The notes below the pieces were generated by a model. The model did no database searches and was not told where the DNA came from. It worked only from the letters and a program-made list of their open reading frames with translations. A program made the translations under genes and the position numbers. DNA of 63,177 nt, counting the filler, from Neolecta irregularis DAH-3 (lineage: Eukaryota), in the NCBI GenBank assembly GCA_001929475.1. It is 15 parts of 15 records of this genome, joined end to end, with 100 filler letters (N's around TTAATTAATTAA, not from the genome) between each part and the next. Parts side by side here need not be neighbours in the genome. Positions count along the whole stretch, not along the records: positions 57,688 to 62,011 come from LXFE01001477.1; positions 62,112 to 63,177 come from LXFE01001484.1; 13 more parts are not named here. One strand, written 5' to 3'. Position 1 is the stretch's first letter. Every line of letters begins with the position of its first letter. Positions 60,161 to 63,177 of this stretch are shown piece after piece.

Positions 60161-62011
60161 TTATTCGGAATCAGGATATTCGAATGGTTCAGGGGCTTTC
60201 GCTTCATCCTCCTCTGTGTTCACTGCCGGAGCTGCTACAGCGGTATCTTTATGAGATTTTAGTTCAATTAATTCTTCCGGGTCATCAGGTTTATTATCGT
60301 GAACCATCACAACTCCTCCAGTTGGCTGAAAATTTAACAAATAAAGTTTCGGTGAACATACCTTTTTAACCGGCTGATACCGCCCGTTTTCGTAGAAGGA
60401 AATCTTTGATAATTGCATGGGAAGTACTCTCCTCATATTCTCCATAATCTCAGAAGTTGCAATATTATTCCTCAATTTTCGTAGTTCGACCGCAGACGTC
60501 TCAGGGATCGGTAAATGGGGTTCGTCCGTTTCCATTTTGTCATCCGCATTCTCGGTTGTATTGATTGGGGTTTTAGCATCAGTGTCCATGGCGTCTCCAA
60601 CCTTCTCTTTCTCATGCTTCTTGGCTCTGGCTTTTGCTCGTGCCGTTGTACTTAGTACTGCAGTAGGGACGGCTTCTACTTTATCTTTGCTGGGAGGCGT
60701 TGTAGCAGCTGGATATGCAAACATCCAGGGCCGTGAGTTACTAACATACTTGAACTGAGGAGCCTATTCGAGTCAGAGCTGTAAAATTTACTGCTTACTT
60801 TCAAATCCTTGTTCAAGCCAATGATACTCGTTGGCGTAAAAGCTAAACTCAAGAAATGAGTAAGCGGAAACCAATACCAATATTGAGTGAAAATGGCCAT
60901 TCCAACAATTGCGCTCAGATTCAGATTCCCACCCTGAGAGCTCGATAATCCAATCTGAACATTTCTTCCACCAGCATCAATGATTCCTTGAGCTAAAGCA
61001 GCACCAAACTTTGCAACGGCCTCTTCATGTTTTTCTCCAATGACTTTTTCAAAGTGTTTTCTTGCAGTCGCAACTTTTAGATTGTACAGTTCGTTTTGTT
61101 CAATGAGGATCATAGCCATCGATATATATGCTCCTTGTCTCACAAAGTCTGTCGCGTCTTTTGTCATTGGTTCGAGAAGTTCAATGGCTTCCGATAGACC
61201 TGTTCCAGCGCAAGCAATGCCAAGAGCGAGGGCTGCTCCGTACCGAACATGGGGATTATAACTTACAGATAGCAATTGCACGATTCGTGGAACGACTGTT
61301 GGGTTTCGGAAAAGAAGAAATCCTAGGGCCATTACAGCGACCCGTCGCACATCGTCGTTGGCATCACTGACTGCTACATGAAGTAATCGCCGAATGGCCT
61401 TGTTATTTCCAGTACCCGCATAAGCGAGGGCAATTGTAAATATTCCTCCATATCGAAGGATTGGATCCTGCAAAGTAAGTTTGGTCAGTTTACTTTGAAC
61501 ATACGGCTTCTCCGCATAACTGGTCGATTAGAGTGTCAGCGGCTTCTTCCTTTCCGTACATCAATAACGCGATACCCATTGCAAGACCCCTGATAATCTT
61601 CTCGTGTTGAGTTTCTTTGGCGTATTGCAACATTTCATCGAGAGCCTTTTCGTTTGCTGTACCAAGCATGATCAGGCCCATAGCGAGACCTGTAGCCTCC
61701 CCAGAAACAACATTATCGCCGTACAAGATACCCTTGAGATCTTCGTAGATTTCTAAATTTCAGCAATGAGGACTGGGAGAAAATGTACCGTCGTTTCCAG
61801 TGGCCATCCCAGCAACGCCGAGACCCAATGCAGCACCATGTTGAATGACTTCATCCTGAGTAGCCCTAAATTGTTCTCGCAGAGTCTCAAGGACACCACT
61901 TCCATGGTTGGCATATATCAATCCCAGAGCATATAAACTCCCGCCTTCTGAATAGGGGCTTGTTGATTGGCCTGGTTGAGGAAGATATGGTGCCAGTAAT
62001 GTCAATCCCTG
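60161..62011 (-). CDS. RPN2: 26S proteasome regulatory subunit Rpn2, 3' part
   Basis: [89 protein letters not shown]. Confidence 0.97.
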
Positions 62012-62266
62012 NNNNNNNNNNNNNNNNNNNNNNNNNNNNNNNNNNNNNNNNNNNNTTAATTAATTAANNNNNNNNNNNNNNNNNNNNNNNNNNNNNNNNN
62101 NNNNNNNNNNNGAAGAATTAGAGGATGGGCATCAAATTGAAATTCAGCCAGGCCCGTTACAAATTCAAGATCTTGTCGAGCAAATGGACCGTCACAGCAG
62201 GATGCTACGAATGAAGGAGCAGATAGAAGAATGAAGCATTGCCGGTTATCACCAGGTCCTTGGGCA

Positions 62267-63154
62267 TTAATAATCATAAAACCCTTTTCCAGTTTTCTTC
62301 CCCAACCATCCGGCATCAACCATCTTCTTCAGTAGGATGCTAGGCCGGTATTTCGAATCCCCAGTCTCTAAATATAAGACTCTCATGATGCTTAGACATG
62401 TATCTAGTCCGATAAAATCTGCCAATGCAAGCGGACCCATCGGCATGGAACATCCGTTTTTCATTATATTGTCGATATCCTGTTTTTCTCCGATATTCTG
62501 AATATCAAAGTCTGGACTTTAGAGAGACGCTTTACGGTTTCTAGACAAATTATTGCTTCATTGATATAAGGCATTAACAATCGATTTGCGAGGAAGCCTG
62601 GTGAATCAGAACTTGTACTCGTGATTTTCCCCATTCTTTCCAGAAGAGAGAGAGACCTTTCGAGAGTAGATTGAGAAGTTTGTAGACCGGAAATTACTTC
62701 GACGCCCTTCATAACAGGTACGGGATTCATGAACTTAGCTGTAAGTCCAGGCTAACTAAAACGGAATACATGTAGACCAATTACTCTGTCCTCTGCACCT
62801 CTTGCAGAGCGAGCGATCTTTGTGATACTTATTGAACTTGTATTTGTTCCCAAAATCGCTTGTTTTGAAGCTTTCTCGGCCAAGTCATTGAAAATCTTTT
62901 GTTTCAATTCGGGAATTTCAGGAACTGCTTCAATGATATACTCTGCATCCTTGGCAGCGTCCAGCGACTCTGCGGGTTTAATGCGACCTTTAATTTCTAA
63001 AGCTTGAGATTCGGTAATTCGTTGTTTGGTCACGTCGTTCTTTAGGAGAGTATCGAGAAACAAAAATGACTTTTGGAGGGATGCAGAAGATGTGTCGATT
63101 AGAGTGACTAGCAATTGAGCTTTTGAAGAAGCGACGAGAGCGATTCCGAGACCC
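62267..63154 (-). CDS. 3-hydroxybutyryl/3-hydroxyacyl-CoA dehydrogenase (start beyond window)
   Basis: [83 protein letters not shown]. Confidence 0.95.
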
Positions 63155-63177
63155 TTGTAAGTAAGGACAAAAAGATT

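Overview
Eukaryotic draft-assembly DNA from a compact, intron-rich fungal genome. Introns are mostly 30-55 nt with GT..CTRAC..AG signals. The gene content (Aquarius/Cwf11, Argonautes, MscS-like Msy, monofunctional DHFR, STK19) suggests an early-diverging ascomycete such as a Taphrinomycotina/Neolecta-like fungus; this is inference only. The window is broken by 14 artificial N-TTAATTAATTAA-N spacers and three ~10-N gaps, so several genes are partial and adjacency across gaps is uncertain. Recognisable genes: ING-type PHD protein, zf-4CXXC_R1/CDCA7-like protein, TFB2, AQR/Cwf11, Msy, GUS1, ferric reductase, POB3, STK19-like, tRNA-Ala(TGC), an opsin, a two-RRM protein, two convergent Argonautes, MED22, DHFR, ECM14, a Sec7-PH GEF, RDS3, MPDU1, MED8, RPN2 and a 3-hydroxybutyryl-CoA dehydrogenase. 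These are interspersed with Ty3/gypsy, Tc1/pogo and hAT-like relics. The most notable unexplained structure is a dispersed family (4 copies) sharing a PAN/Apple-like Cys header exon. In the three copies that reach it, the header is joined through an identically placed phase-2 intron to dissimilar C-terminal exons. One copy is disrupted by telomeric repeats inside the header. Also notable: strong CpG loss in a pseudogene/TE block, a DEDH/DEDD Argonaute pair, and an orphan RPA135 fragment next to a chromovirus relic. All family assignments come from reading the sequence and recalled motifs; no searches were run.
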